Shown: positions 30,836-39,920 of the stretch, in pieces
Layout: every line of letters begins with the position of its first letter
How positions within the stretch are numbered: position 1 is the first letter of the stretch
Source of the DNA: an uncultured Christensenella sp.
GTDB lineage: Bacteria; Bacillota; Clostridia; Christensenellales; UBA3700
Length of the DNA stretch: 64,000 bases
Assembly (NCBI GenBank): GCA_910583995.1
Contig: CAJTYW010000001.1
Coordinates: 93,366 to 157,365 of the forward strand
Reading direction: 5' to 3'
Position numbers and translations under genes: made by a program
Notes under the pieces: generated by a model
What the model saw: the letters and a program-made list of their open reading frames with translations, nothing else
The model's database searches: none
What the model was told of the DNA's origin: nothing

Positions 30836-31441
30836 CAGATTAGGTAAAATTATTATATTTTAGGGCTGTTTTCATAATAAAAGGGGAGTTTAGGGGGGAT
30901 TTTTTTACTTGAGATAAAAATTGCGAAAAAATTTTTTTGGAAAATTGCTCGCTCACGGGGATTATATCGCTAACCCTTGATTTTATTGGGGTTTTGGCAG
31001 GTTTTTTAGAAGAATTTTAGTATAGAACACCCTTTTTAACTATTCGCAAAAGACAAGTTTAACGAAAAGTAGTGGGTAAAAGACCACTTTTTTACATATT
31101 TTTATGTGAAAATTTATGATTATCAATAAATTTAATTAATTTTAAAAATAAATTATTACAATATGATAATTTGTTAATTTATTTATCAAATCAATTTAAG
31201 CTTAAATAAATGTATAAATGCAAATATGTTTTATTTAACATATAAACTATTTAATTAAAATATATAATAAATTATTTAGCAATATATTTTTGTTTAAATT
31301 TTTTATCATAATTATTGTTTTATTTTTATTGACTGAATTTATTCATATTTACATTTGCTTAAAATTTTTATACTTTACTAAAATTTACGATAAATTTTAA
31401 GTACTTTAATTTTAAATTTTAGTTTTGTTTTGCGAAATGTA

Positions 31442-31470
31442 TTGAATATTTAAATCAATTATGATATAAT
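31442..31470 (+). promoter_or_regulatory. Near-consensus promoter positioned for a leaderless recombinase mRNA
   Basis: TTGAAT, 17 nt spacer, TGaTATAAT. The -10 ends 7 nt before the A of ATG 31477. No Shine-Dalgarno in between. Confidence 0.55.
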
Positions 31471-31476
31471 AAAAAT

Positions 31477-32541
31477 ATGGAAAAAACATATTTTGACGAA
31501 AGACGACTTGATACGGAAAGTAAAATTAAACAACTTTTATTTGAACTTCCTGAATTTGCGGAAGATTTTTTTATTGGAATAGAAACAACAACTTCACCGC
31601 TTACTAGACTTGGTTATGCACGGGATTTGTTGATATTTTTTGATTATTTATATACTGATTCCAGAAAATTTTATGGTTTAAATAAAGATACTTTTACTTT
31701 AAAACATCTTAATAAAGTTGAAGCTTTTGATATAGAAAAATTTATATCATATCTTACTCATTACGTTTATAATGGCAAAGCGTATACAAATTCTTTGTCT
31801 GCGAAATCAAGAAAACTAGCATCAATACGCAGCTTTTTTAAGTATATGTACAACAAAGATTTGATTGATGGAAATGTTGCATCTAAAGTTGATATGCCAA
31901 AACTACACGAAAAACCGATTATCCGCCTTGAGCAACAAGAAGTTTTTGAAATTTTAGAGATTGCTGAAAATGGAACTTCTCTATCACCAAAGCAAAAAGT
32001 TTATCACGAATTAAATAGATTGCGTGATATTGCTATTTTATCCTTATTTTTAGGTACAGGTATCCGTATTAGTGAGCTTGTAGGTATAAATATTGAAGAT
32101 ATAGATTTTTATACAAATTCATTTAAAGTTACTAGAAAAGGTGGAAATCAATCAATATTGTATTTTAATGACGATGTTTCTATTGCTCTTTTGGAATATT
32201 ATGAAAAGCGACAAGAACTAAAAGCTATTGAAAAAGACGAAAAAGCATTCTTTTTAAGTATGCAAAATAAAAGGATAAGCGTTCGTAGTGTTGAACTTTT
32301 AGTTAAAAAATATGCAAAAATCGTCTCACCTTTAAAACATATTACTCCACATAAACTGCGTAGTACTTTTGGCACTAATCTTTATCGCACTACAAAGGAT
32401 ATTTATGTTGTTGCAGAACTTTTAGGACATAAAGATGTTAATGTTACTAAAAAGCATTATGCCGATATTAGCGAAGAAATTAAAAAAGAAGCATCAAAGC
32501 AAGTTTCTATTCGTGAAAATCCATCGAAATTTGACGACTGA
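31477..32541 (+). CDS. Tyrosine-type site-specific recombinase/integrase (XerC/XerD-like)
   Basis: N-terminal SAM-like core-binding domain. Catalytic region with R (LGTGIRISEL), HKLRSTF, LLGHKDVNVTKKHY (H-x-x-R...H...Y pattern). Confidence 0.85.
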   Translation: MEKTYFDERRLDTESKIKQLLFELPEFAEDFFIGIETTTSPLTRLGYARDLLIFFDYLYTDSRKFYGLNKDTFTLKHLNKVEAFDIEKFISYLTHYVYNGKAYTNSLSAKSRKLASIRSFFKYMYNKDLIDGNVASKVDMPKLHEKPIIRLEQQEVFEILEIAENGTSLSPKQKVYHELNRLRDIAILSLFLGTGIRISELVGINIEDIDFYTNSFKVTRKGGNQSILYFNDDVSIALLEYYEKRQELKAIEKDEKAFFLSMQNKRISVRSVELLVKKYAKIVSPLKHITPHKLRSTFGTNLYRTTKDIYVVAELLGHKDVNVTKKHYADISEEIKKEASKQVSIRENPSKFDD

Positions 32542-32760
32542 TTTTTAACTTTTAAAACTGATTTTTGATAGATTATTTAATTACGATTTCTGGTACTTTA
32601 ATTTTAACTTTAAAAGCCGATTTTTGATATGGATAATTTAATTTTATCAATCGATTTTTAGCATAAAAATTTAATTCTTTAATGAGATTTTTATATGTTT
32701 AAAATTAATATTTAGTATGGATTTTTAATGTAAATTTTTAGCTTTTAAATATCGGTTTTT
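32540..32760 (+). repeat. Same-orientation GATTTTT motif array with ~34-bp phasing, plus a ~43-bp degenerate direct repeat
   Basis: Motif starts at 32540, 32560, 32585 (GATTTC), 32619, 32653, 32686, 32720, 32754 (GGTTTTT). The last six are spaced 33-34 bp. 32541-32583 resembles 32601-32645. Confidence 0.6.
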
Positions 32761-32804
32761 TTATGCAAATTTTTATAAAAATTATTTAAACTTTAAAAAA
32801 CAAT

Positions 32805-32834
32805 AAAAATAAGGCTTTTTAAGCCTTATTTTTT
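32805..32834. terminator. Bidirectional terminator in the recombinase / ynbB-like intergenic region
   Basis: aataaggct/agccttatt stem, loop tttta, A-run before and T-run after. Confidence 0.6.
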
Positions 32835-33046
32835 AATCATATAATGATATTTTTATTAAAAATTTAATTTTTTAATCTTGAAAATTTAATTTTAATAAGT
32901 TATTTTATTTGTTTTTTAAAATAAAATATTTATTTTTAAAAATTTTTAAATTTTATTATTTAATCGCATATTAAATTGAATTTTTTATTTAAAAATGCCT
33001 AATTTTTATTAAAAAAATTTGTTTTTAATCAAATTTTTGTTTAAAT

Positions 33047-34291
33047 TTATTTATTTTTATTTGCAAGTAGCTCTGAAACGCACATTAAAACTGCAATTTT
33101 TACGTGTTCATAAGTTAAGCCACCTTGTACATAAGCAATATATGGTTCTTTTATTGGCGAATCTGCAGATAATTCGATGCTACTTCCACCTGTAAATGTG
33201 CCTGCAGCCATAATTACTTGGTCAACATATCCAGGCATATCCCACGGTAAAGGCAAAACATTGCTGTCAATTGGAGATGCTTTTTGAATTGATTGAATAA
33301 AGCTAATTAATTCATTTTCAGTATTAAATTTTATAGACCTTACTGTATCATTGCATTTTGCAGTTGGATTTGGGCATACATCATATCCTAAATCGCTAAA
33401 AACTTGACCAAATAAAGCACTACCTTTAGTTGCGTTCATAGTAATATGTGGGGCTAAAAACAAACCTTGATAAAATTGTTGATAGCCACCTGTGTATGAA
33501 CCTATTTCCATACCAATAGATGGCGAAGTTAATCTAAAAGCTACTTGTTCAATGACATCTTGCTTGCCAGCAATATATCCACCTGTTGGTGCAAGTCCGC
33601 CACCGGGGTTTTTAATCAATGAGCCGACCATCATATCCGCACCAACATCTGTTGGCTCAATTGTATCCATAAATTCGCCGTAACAATTATCAACCATTAT
33701 AATTATATTTTTATCAATCTTTTTAATAAAATCTATAACTTTTCCAATTTTTAAAACAGATAAAGCGTCACGCCATTCGTAACCACGAGACCTGCCTATA
33801 AAAATCAATTTAGGAACTTTGTTTTGTATTGATTTTTTGATTTCGTCAAAGTCAAAATCATTATTTTTTAAAGCTATTTGCTCATAGCTAACACCAAAAT
33901 CTTTTAGGGAGCCTATATTTTCCCCTTGAATTACTGAAAGTAATGTGTCATAAGGTGCGCCAGAAATAGCAAGCATTTTGTCATTTGGGCGTAAAACTCC
34001 AAACAAAGCAAGTGTTAATGCGTGTGTTCCAGATGCAATTAATGGAGAAACAATTGCAGCTTCCGAATGAAAAGTATCTGCAAAAACTTTGCATAAAGTA
34101 TCTCTTCCAATATCGTCATATCCGTAGCCTGTTGTACCGCTAAAATGTCTAAGTGCTACATTGTTATTTTGAAAAGCTTCAAGCACTTTATTTTGATTTA
34201 GAAAAGCAATGTTTTCCAATTCTTTAAAAAAATCTGTTAACTTTTGTTCTGCATTATTTACAATTTGCAAAACTTTTGTATCAAAATTCAT
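33047..34291 (-). CDS. PLP-dependent aluminium-resistance / methionine gamma-lyase-like family protein (YnbB type)
   Basis: Cys/Met-metabolism PLP fold pattern, GSLIKNPGGGLAPTGGYIAG lysine region. Typical position downstream of miaA in Firmicutes. Confidence 0.75.
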   Translation of the reverse strand: MNFDTKVLQIVNNAEQKLTDFFKELENIAFLNQNKVLEAFQNNNVALRHFSGTTGYGYDDIGRDTLCKVFADTFHSEAAIVSPLIASGTHALTLALFGVLRPNDKMLAISGAPYDTLLSVIQGENIGSLKDFGVSYEQIALKNNDFDFDEIKKSIQNKVPKLIFIGRSRGYEWRDALSVLKIGKVIDFIKKIDKNIIIMVDNCYGEFMDTIEPTDVGADMMVGSLIKNPGGGLAPTGGYIAGKQDVIEQVAFRLTSPSIGMEIGSYTGGYQQFYQGLFLAPHITMNATKGSALFGQVFSDLGYDVCPNPTAKCNDTVRSIKFNTENELISFIQSIQKASPIDSNVLPLPWDMPGYVDQVIMAAGTFTGGSSIELSADSPIKEPYIAYVQGGLTYEHVKIAVLMCVSELLANKNK

Positions 34292-34371
34292 TTTTTACTC
34301 CTGTGTTGTATTAAAAATTACATATTACTTTAAATTAATATTGTATCTTGTCTATTATTTTTATGGTTAAT

Positions 34372-35265
34372 TTATTTGCAATTATATAAATATAAAAGTT
34401 CTTCTATAGTCAAAAATTTAGCAAAATCATATCGTTTAAACCAAGTTATTTGGCGTTTTGCATAATGTCTTGAATTTAAAATAATCAAATCTTTAACTTG
34501 TTCTAATGTGATTTTTCCGTCAAAATAATCCTTAAATTCTTTGTAACCAATGCCTTGCATACTTTGCATATCAAAAGTAATGCCACTTGCCAAAAGACTT
34601 TTGATTTCGTTTAAAAGTCCGTTTTCAAACATTATTTGCACTCGTTTTTCTATTTTTTCGTACAATATTTGCCTGTCTGTATTTAAAACATACATATCAA
34701 TATCATATTGCAATTTTTTATCAGATTTTGAGTTTTCGGATTTTGTACTACCAGTAAGCTCATATATTTCTAACGCTCTAATTAATCTTTTTGTATTGTT
34801 TGGGTGTATTTTTTCAGCATCAATTGGGTCAATTTCTTTTAATTTAGAGTGTAAATATTCAGCACCATATTGCTCTAATTCCTTATAAAGCTTTGCTTTT
34901 ATCTCATCATTTGATTTTGCACCGCCAAAGCCAAAAGGATAAATCAAACTTTCGTAATATAGTCCTGTACCGCCCACTAATATTGGCATTTTACCTAATG
35001 AGATTATTTCGTCAATTTTATTTTTTGCAAGCTTAACAAAGTCAGATACACTAAAAGGCATTTTTGGATTTATTATATCAATTAAATGATGCGGTATTCC
35101 ATCCATTTCATCAGAAGTTACTTTTGCAGTGCCGATATTCATATCTTTATAAATTTGCATTGAATCCATAGAAATGATTTCGCCACCAATCTTTTTTGCA
35201 ATTTTTACCGCAATGGAACTTTTTCCGCTTGCTGTAGGTCCTGCAATTGCTATAATTTTTTGCAT
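34372..35265 (-). CDS. miaA: tRNA dimethylallyltransferase
   Basis: P-loop GPTASGKS, DSMQIYKDMNIGTAK, conserved QITWFKR near the C-terminus. Confidence 0.93.
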   Translation of the reverse strand: MQKIIAIAGPTASGKSSIAVKIAKKIGGEIISMDSMQIYKDMNIGTAKVTSDEMDGIPHHLIDIINPKMPFSVSDFVKLAKNKIDEIISLGKMPILVGGTGLYYESLIYPFGFGGAKSNDEIKAKLYKELEQYGAEYLHSKLKEIDPIDAEKIHPNNTKRLIRALEIYELTGSTKSENSKSDKKLQYDIDMYVLNTDRQILYEKIEKRVQIMFENGLLNEIKSLLASGITFDMQSMQGIGYKEFKDYFDGKITLEQVKDLIILNSRHYAKRQITWFKRYDFAKFLTIEELLYLYNCK

Positions 35266-35267
35266 AA

Positions 35268-37223
35268 TTATACTATCCTTTTAAACAATTTATCAATATC
35301 TTTTTTTGAAAATTTAATAATTGTCGGTCTGCCGTGTGGACATTGAATAGGTTTATTTTCTTCAATTTTAGTTATTAAATCTTGAATTTCAATATCTTTA
35401 AGCTTTTGTCCCGCTTTAATTGCAGATTTGCAAGCTTTTTTTGCAATCTCGTTATGCAGTGCATCTTTTAAATTAATACTTTTTAAAGTGTATTTTTCTT
35501 CTAATAACGAATTAATAAATTTAACCCCGTTAAATGCAGGAAAAACTATAGGTACACTATTAATCTTAAAAGTATTATCACCAAATTCTTCAATATCAAA
35601 GCCGATTTTTCTTATATCTTCAAGTAAATTTTCAATTATTTCACTCTCTTTTGAAGATAGTTCTATAATTTGCGGTGTAAGTAAGGGTTGCACTGCAATA
35701 TTTTTTTTCTCTATTTGAGAAATCAATTGGTCGTAAATCAACCTTTCGTGTGTAGCGTGTTGGTCGATTAAATATACATATTCGCCTTTTAAAACTATTA
35801 AATAACAATTGAATATTTGTCCTATAATCTTATGAGATAAAGAAAATTCTTCTTCAATCTCGTCAAAAAGATTGCTTTGTACAATTGGTGGCTTTACGGC
35901 GGATATTCTACTTTTGCTTTCGCCTGCTTTTAAAATTGAACTATTATTTGGCATTTTTGTAAAGCTACTTTCTGATTTTATTTCATTAAATCTCTTTAAA
36001 AGATTGTTTGAATTTTTAGGTTTAATTTCAATTTCTTCTTGCTTTTCAATATTATTTGTTAAAATTTCTGTATTTGCAATTTGTATTTTTTCTTCTACTA
36101 AATCGCTCTTTTTTTCTTGTTTTTCGTTTAAATCATAACTTTTTTGTTTAAAGTGTTCTAAATTAGGCGTATTTTTAGAAATATTTTCTTGAATTTCAGG
36201 TTTTTCTTCCTCGTCTGAGCTTACGGTAAAAATTTTGCGATTGTTCTCTAGTGCATTTTGAACAGCTCTGTATACGCTAGCAAAAACACTTCTACTGTCA
36301 GAAAAACGAACATCTGTTTTGCTTGGCGTTACATTGACATCAAGCATATCAAATGGCATAATAATCTCTAGGCAATAAACAGGGAAACTTCTTTTCATAA
36401 GTGAATTGCCGTAAGCTTCCTTTACTGCTGTTGAAATTGTGGCATTTGTAATCAATCTACCATTTACAATTGTTGTTTGGTAACTTCTGTTTGGTTTAGT
36501 AAGTGTAGGAAGTCCGATATACCCTTTTACTAAAATGTTATATTTTTCATTTTCTAAATAAACAAGTTCTTTTGTGATAGAAGTCGGATAAATTGAGTAT
36601 AACGCATTTTCAAGTCCTTTTCCGTTTGATGCAAAAATTATTTTGCCATCTGCAACATATTTAATTGCAACATTAGGATTTGCAAGAATTAGACCTTGAA
36701 TTATTGCAGTTATTTCGTGTTCTTCACTTTTAGGCTTTTTAAGAAACTTTTGTCTTGCAGGAGTATTAAAGAAAATATTTCTTACTTCTATGTTAGTGCC
36801 ATAATTGCAATCGATATCTGTAACTTCCCCGCCTACTCCGCCTTTTATTGTGTATTTTACGCCTATATTTTCGTCAGTAGCTTTTGTTTTTATCTCTACA
36901 CTGCTAATTGCGGCAATAGATGGCAAAGCTTCACCACGGAAACCCAAAGTAGCAATATTCTCTAAATCTTCACTGCTAGAAATTTTTGAAGTAGCGTGTG
37001 GCAAAAAAGCTTGTTTTATGTAATCTCTGCTTATTCCGTGTCCGTTGTCGCTTACAATAACACTTGTTATACCGCCGTCTACAATCTCAACGACAATATT
37101 GCTGCTACCTGCATCAATAGAGTTTTCCACCAATTCTTTAACTATACTTGCCGGATTTTCTACTACTTCGCCAGCAGAAATTTTATTGTAAATTTCACTT
37201 GACAGTAAATTGATTTTTTGCAT
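35268..37223 (-). CDS. mutL: DNA mismatch repair protein MutL
   Basis: GHKL ATPase motifs (VVKELVENSIDAG, DNGHGI, TLGFRGEAL), C-terminal dimerisation domain with QHATHERLIY and CPHGRP. Confidence 0.95.
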   Translation of the reverse strand: MQKINLLSSEIYNKISAGEVVENPASIVKELVENSIDAGSSNIVVEIVDGGITSVIVSDNGHGISRDYIKQAFLPHATSKISSSEDLENIATLGFRGEALPSIAAISSVEIKTKATDENIGVKYTIKGGVGGEVTDIDCNYGTNIEVRNIFFNTPARQKFLKKPKSEEHEITAIIQGLILANPNVAIKYVADGKIIFASNGKGLENALYSIYPTSITKELVYLENEKYNILVKGYIGLPTLTKPNRSYQTTIVNGRLITNATISTAVKEAYGNSLMKRSFPVYCLEIIMPFDMLDVNVTPSKTDVRFSDSRSVFASVYRAVQNALENNRKIFTVSSDEEEKPEIQENISKNTPNLEHFKQKSYDLNEKQEKKSDLVEEKIQIANTEILTNNIEKQEEIEIKPKNSNNLLKRFNEIKSESSFTKMPNNSSILKAGESKSRISAVKPPIVQSNLFDEIEEEFSLSHKIIGQIFNCYLIVLKGEYVYLIDQHATHERLIYDQLISQIEKKNIAVQPLLTPQIIELSSKESEIIENLLEDIRKIGFDIEEFGDNTFKINSVPIVFPAFNGVKFINSLLEEKYTLKSINLKDALHNEIAKKACKSAIKAGQKLKDIEIQDLITKIEENKPIQCPHGRPTIIKFSKKDIDKLFKRIV

Positions 37224-37286
37224 AACCTACTCCTTTTCTTTTGTTTAATCTATATTCCTACAAAAACATAGCCATTAAAAGATTTT

Positions 37287-39920
37287 TTATTTGATTTTTC
37301 TTACCTTTTCTTTTAAATCGGACAATTCGCGTAATGCTTGCATTGGAGTCATATTGTCTGTATCTATCGATTTTAATATTTCGATTATCTCGTCACTAAT
37401 TGAATTTTCAAAAAAAGATAGTTGTTTTAAATCGTCTTTTTCAAAAATCTCTTTACTATCAAGCAAAATTGAATTTGTGTCTTTTAAAATTTCGTTTTGC
37501 TCAAGTTTTTTTGATAGTACATTTGCTCTATCAAGTACTGATTTTGGTATACCTGCAAGTCTTGCAACTTCAATACCAAAACTCTTGTTTGCACCGCCTC
37601 TTGTGATTTTGTGGGTAAAGATTACTTGATTTTGTATCTCTTTAACCATTATTTTATAGTTTTTAACGCCGTCAAGCATACCTTCAAGCTCTGTAAGTTC
37701 GTGATAGTGTGTGCTAAAAAGTGTTTTTGTTTTAAAGTTGTTTGTAATATGTTCTATTACAGACCAAGCGATTGCTAAGCCGTCACAAGTAGATGTTCCC
37801 CTGCCTATTTCGTCAAGTATCAATAATGAGTTATCTGTTGCATTGTTTAAAATTGTAGCAACTTCTGTCATTTCAACCATAAATGTACTTTGTCCAAACG
37901 CCAAATCGTCGCTCGCACCTATTCTTGTAAAAATTCTGTCAGTTATGGAAATCTCCGCACTTTCAGCTGGTACAAAACAACCAATATGAGCAAGCAAAGT
38001 AATAATTGCCGCACTACGCATATAAGTACTTTTACCTGCCATATTAGGGCCTGTAATAATCATTGTACGATTTTCTTTTTTATCAATTATAAAATCATTT
38101 GGTACAAATTGATTTAAACCAATAATTTTTTCAACTACTGGGTGTCTTCCCTTATAAATGCTTATTGCATCAAGTTGTTCATTGATAACAGGCTTACAAT
38201 AGTTGTTTTCAAGAGAAATTTCTGCAAATGACACAAGCGAATCAAGGGCTGCAAGTGCATTTGAAGTGATTTTTAAGCTTGCAACGCACTCAAGTAGAAG
38301 GTTTCTAATTTCTTCAAACAATTTAAGTTCAAGTTCGATTGCTTTTTCGTCAGCACCAAGTACTGTTTCTTCAACTTGTTTAAGTTCGTCAGTGATAAAT
38401 CTTTCCGCACCAGTTAGTGTCTGCTTACGAACATAACGATAAGGTACTTTTTCCAAAAAACTATTTGTTACTTCAATGTAGTAACCAAATACTTTGTTGA
38501 ACCCTACTTTTAAGTTTTTAATACCGGTAAGTTCTTTTTCTTCCCTTTCGATTTTTGCAACCCACTCTTTGCCGTTTGCTCGTGCGTTTCTTAAATCGTC
38601 CAGTTCGGAATTAAAGCCTTTTTTGATAAATCCGCCGTCACGAATAATTGTTTTTGCATCATCTGCAATAGCCTTTGTTAAAAGCTCTGCTATATCTTCA
38701 AGTTCGTCAATGTCACCATAAATTTTGTTTATTATTTCACATTTTTCATCTTTAATAACAAATTTGATTTTTGGTAAAATAGTCAAAGTGTCCGCTAAAC
38801 TTTGCAAATCTTTAGGATTAACTGTGCCGTATGCTATTTTACCAACAATTCTTTCAATATCACGCACATTTTTTAGTAAATCTGATAAGGCTGTTCTAAC
38901 AGGGTTATTTTCAATTAGTAGCTCAACACCATTAAGTCTACTATTAATTTTTTTGCTGTTAATCAATGGCTGGTCAAGCCAGTTTCTAAGCATTCTTGCA
39001 CCCATTGCAGTTTTTGTCTTATCAATTACCCACAATAGCGAACCGAATTTTTTGCCATCTCTGCAATTTTGTGTAATTTCAAGGTTTCGTCTTGTTGCAG
39101 TATCAAGAAACATAAAATGATTGTTTTTGATAACCTTTAGTCCATTAATATGGCACAATGCACGCTTTTGAGTATCGCTAATATATTCCATTAAACTGCC
39201 TGCAACACAAACTATCGGTTTATTACCTTCGCACTCAAAAATTTGCAAAGTTTGTGTTTTAAAGCTGTCAATCAACTTTTTATAAGCATTGCCATAATTG
39301 TAAGCACTATCCATAAACATATATGGATTTGGTAGTTTGCCAAGTCTTACAGAAGTTAAATTTTTGATGGTTTCATACGCTTTGCTATTGGTTATAATTT
39401 CAGCTGGACTGATTGTAACAAGCATATCTTCAATTGTGGTGCTATCATTATTTAGCTCAAAGCAATTGAATTCACCTGTGGAAATATCTGCCCAAGCAAC
39501 TGAAGTGTTGCCGTTATCGTCAATCATTACGTTGGAAATATAGTTATTCTTTTTCTCGTCCAAAATAACATCTTCCATAACAGTTCCGGGAGTTATAACT
39601 CTGACAACATCTCGATCAACCATACCTTTTGTAGTTTTTGGGTCAGATAATTGCTCACATATTGCAACTTTTTCACCCGCTGCAATTAATTTTGCAATAT
39701 AATTATCAACTGCGTGATAAGGCACTCCGCACATAGGGGCACGCTCTTCCAATCCGCAATCTCTTCCCGTTAAATTTATATCCAATATTCTTGATGCTTT
39801 TATAGCATCGTCAAAAAACATTTCGTAAAAATCCCCAAGACGGAATAACACTATTGCATCTTTATAATTCTCTTTTAAATCTAAATAAAAACTCATCATT
39901 GGTGAAAGTTTTTTTGCCAT
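37287..39920 (-). CDS. mutS: DNA mismatch repair protein MutS
   Basis: N-terminal mismatch-binding GDFYEMFFDDA, Walker A GPNMAGKST, DEIGRGTST, STHYHEL. Confidence 0.97.
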   Translation of the reverse strand: MAKKLSPMMSFYLDLKENYKDAIVLFRLGDFYEMFFDDAIKASRILDINLTGRDCGLEERAPMCGVPYHAVDNYIAKLIAAGEKVAICEQLSDPKTTKGMVDRDVVRVITPGTVMEDVILDEKKNNYISNVMIDDNGNTSVAWADISTGEFNCFELNNDSTTIEDMLVTISPAEIITNSKAYETIKNLTSVRLGKLPNPYMFMDSAYNYGNAYKKLIDSFKTQTLQIFECEGNKPIVCVAGSLMEYISDTQKRALCHINGLKVIKNNHFMFLDTATRRNLEITQNCRDGKKFGSLLWVIDKTKTAMGARMLRNWLDQPLINSKKINSRLNGVELLIENNPVRTALSDLLKNVRDIERIVGKIAYGTVNPKDLQSLADTLTILPKIKFVIKDEKCEIINKIYGDIDELEDIAELLTKAIADDAKTIIRDGGFIKKGFNSELDDLRNARANGKEWVAKIEREEKELTGIKNLKVGFNKVFGYYIEVTNSFLEKVPYRYVRKQTLTGAERFITDELKQVEETVLGADEKAIELELKLFEEIRNLLLECVASLKITSNALAALDSLVSFAEISLENNYCKPVINEQLDAISIYKGRHPVVEKIIGLNQFVPNDFIIDKKENRTMIITGPNMAGKSTYMRSAAIITLLAHIGCFVPAESAEISITDRIFTRIGASDDLAFGQSTFMVEMTEVATILNNATDNSLLILDEIGRGTSTCDGLAIAWSVIEHITNNFKTKTLFSTHYHELTELEGMLDGVKNYKIMVKEIQNQVIFTHKITRGGANKSFGIEVARLAGIPKSVLDRANVLSKKLEQNEILKDTNSILLDSKEIFEKDDLKQLSFFENSISDEIIEILKSIDTDNMTPMQALRELSDLKEKVRKIK

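Noticed and set aside
30861-31095. Identification of the G-rich patch as tmRNA, SRP RNA, 6S RNA or a known riboswitch (c-di-GMP, T-box, TPP, FMN, and others).
   Set aside because: None of the hallmark sequences I remember for these families is present (tRNA-like ends of tmRNA, the SRP domain IV motif, the T-box AGGGUGGNACCGCG motif, and so on). The class is left unassigned rather than named.
31401-32607. 15-bp direct repeat gtactttaattttaa (31401-31415 and 32593-32607) flanking the recombinase gene as possible att/target-site duplication.
   Set aside because: In DNA this AT-rich, a single 15-mer match between two ~0.5-0.8 kb spacers is close to chance expectation. No extended similarity surrounds it.
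32540-33046. CRISPR array in the repeat-rich spacer after the recombinase.
   Set aside because: The repeat units are degenerate. The only conserved core is 7 nt. The intervening segments are related to each other rather than being unique spacers. No cas genes are present.
34292-34371. Expected hfq gene between miaA and the ynbB-like gene, as in many Firmicutes.
   Set aside because: The gap is only 80 bp with no ORF, so hfq is not encoded here.
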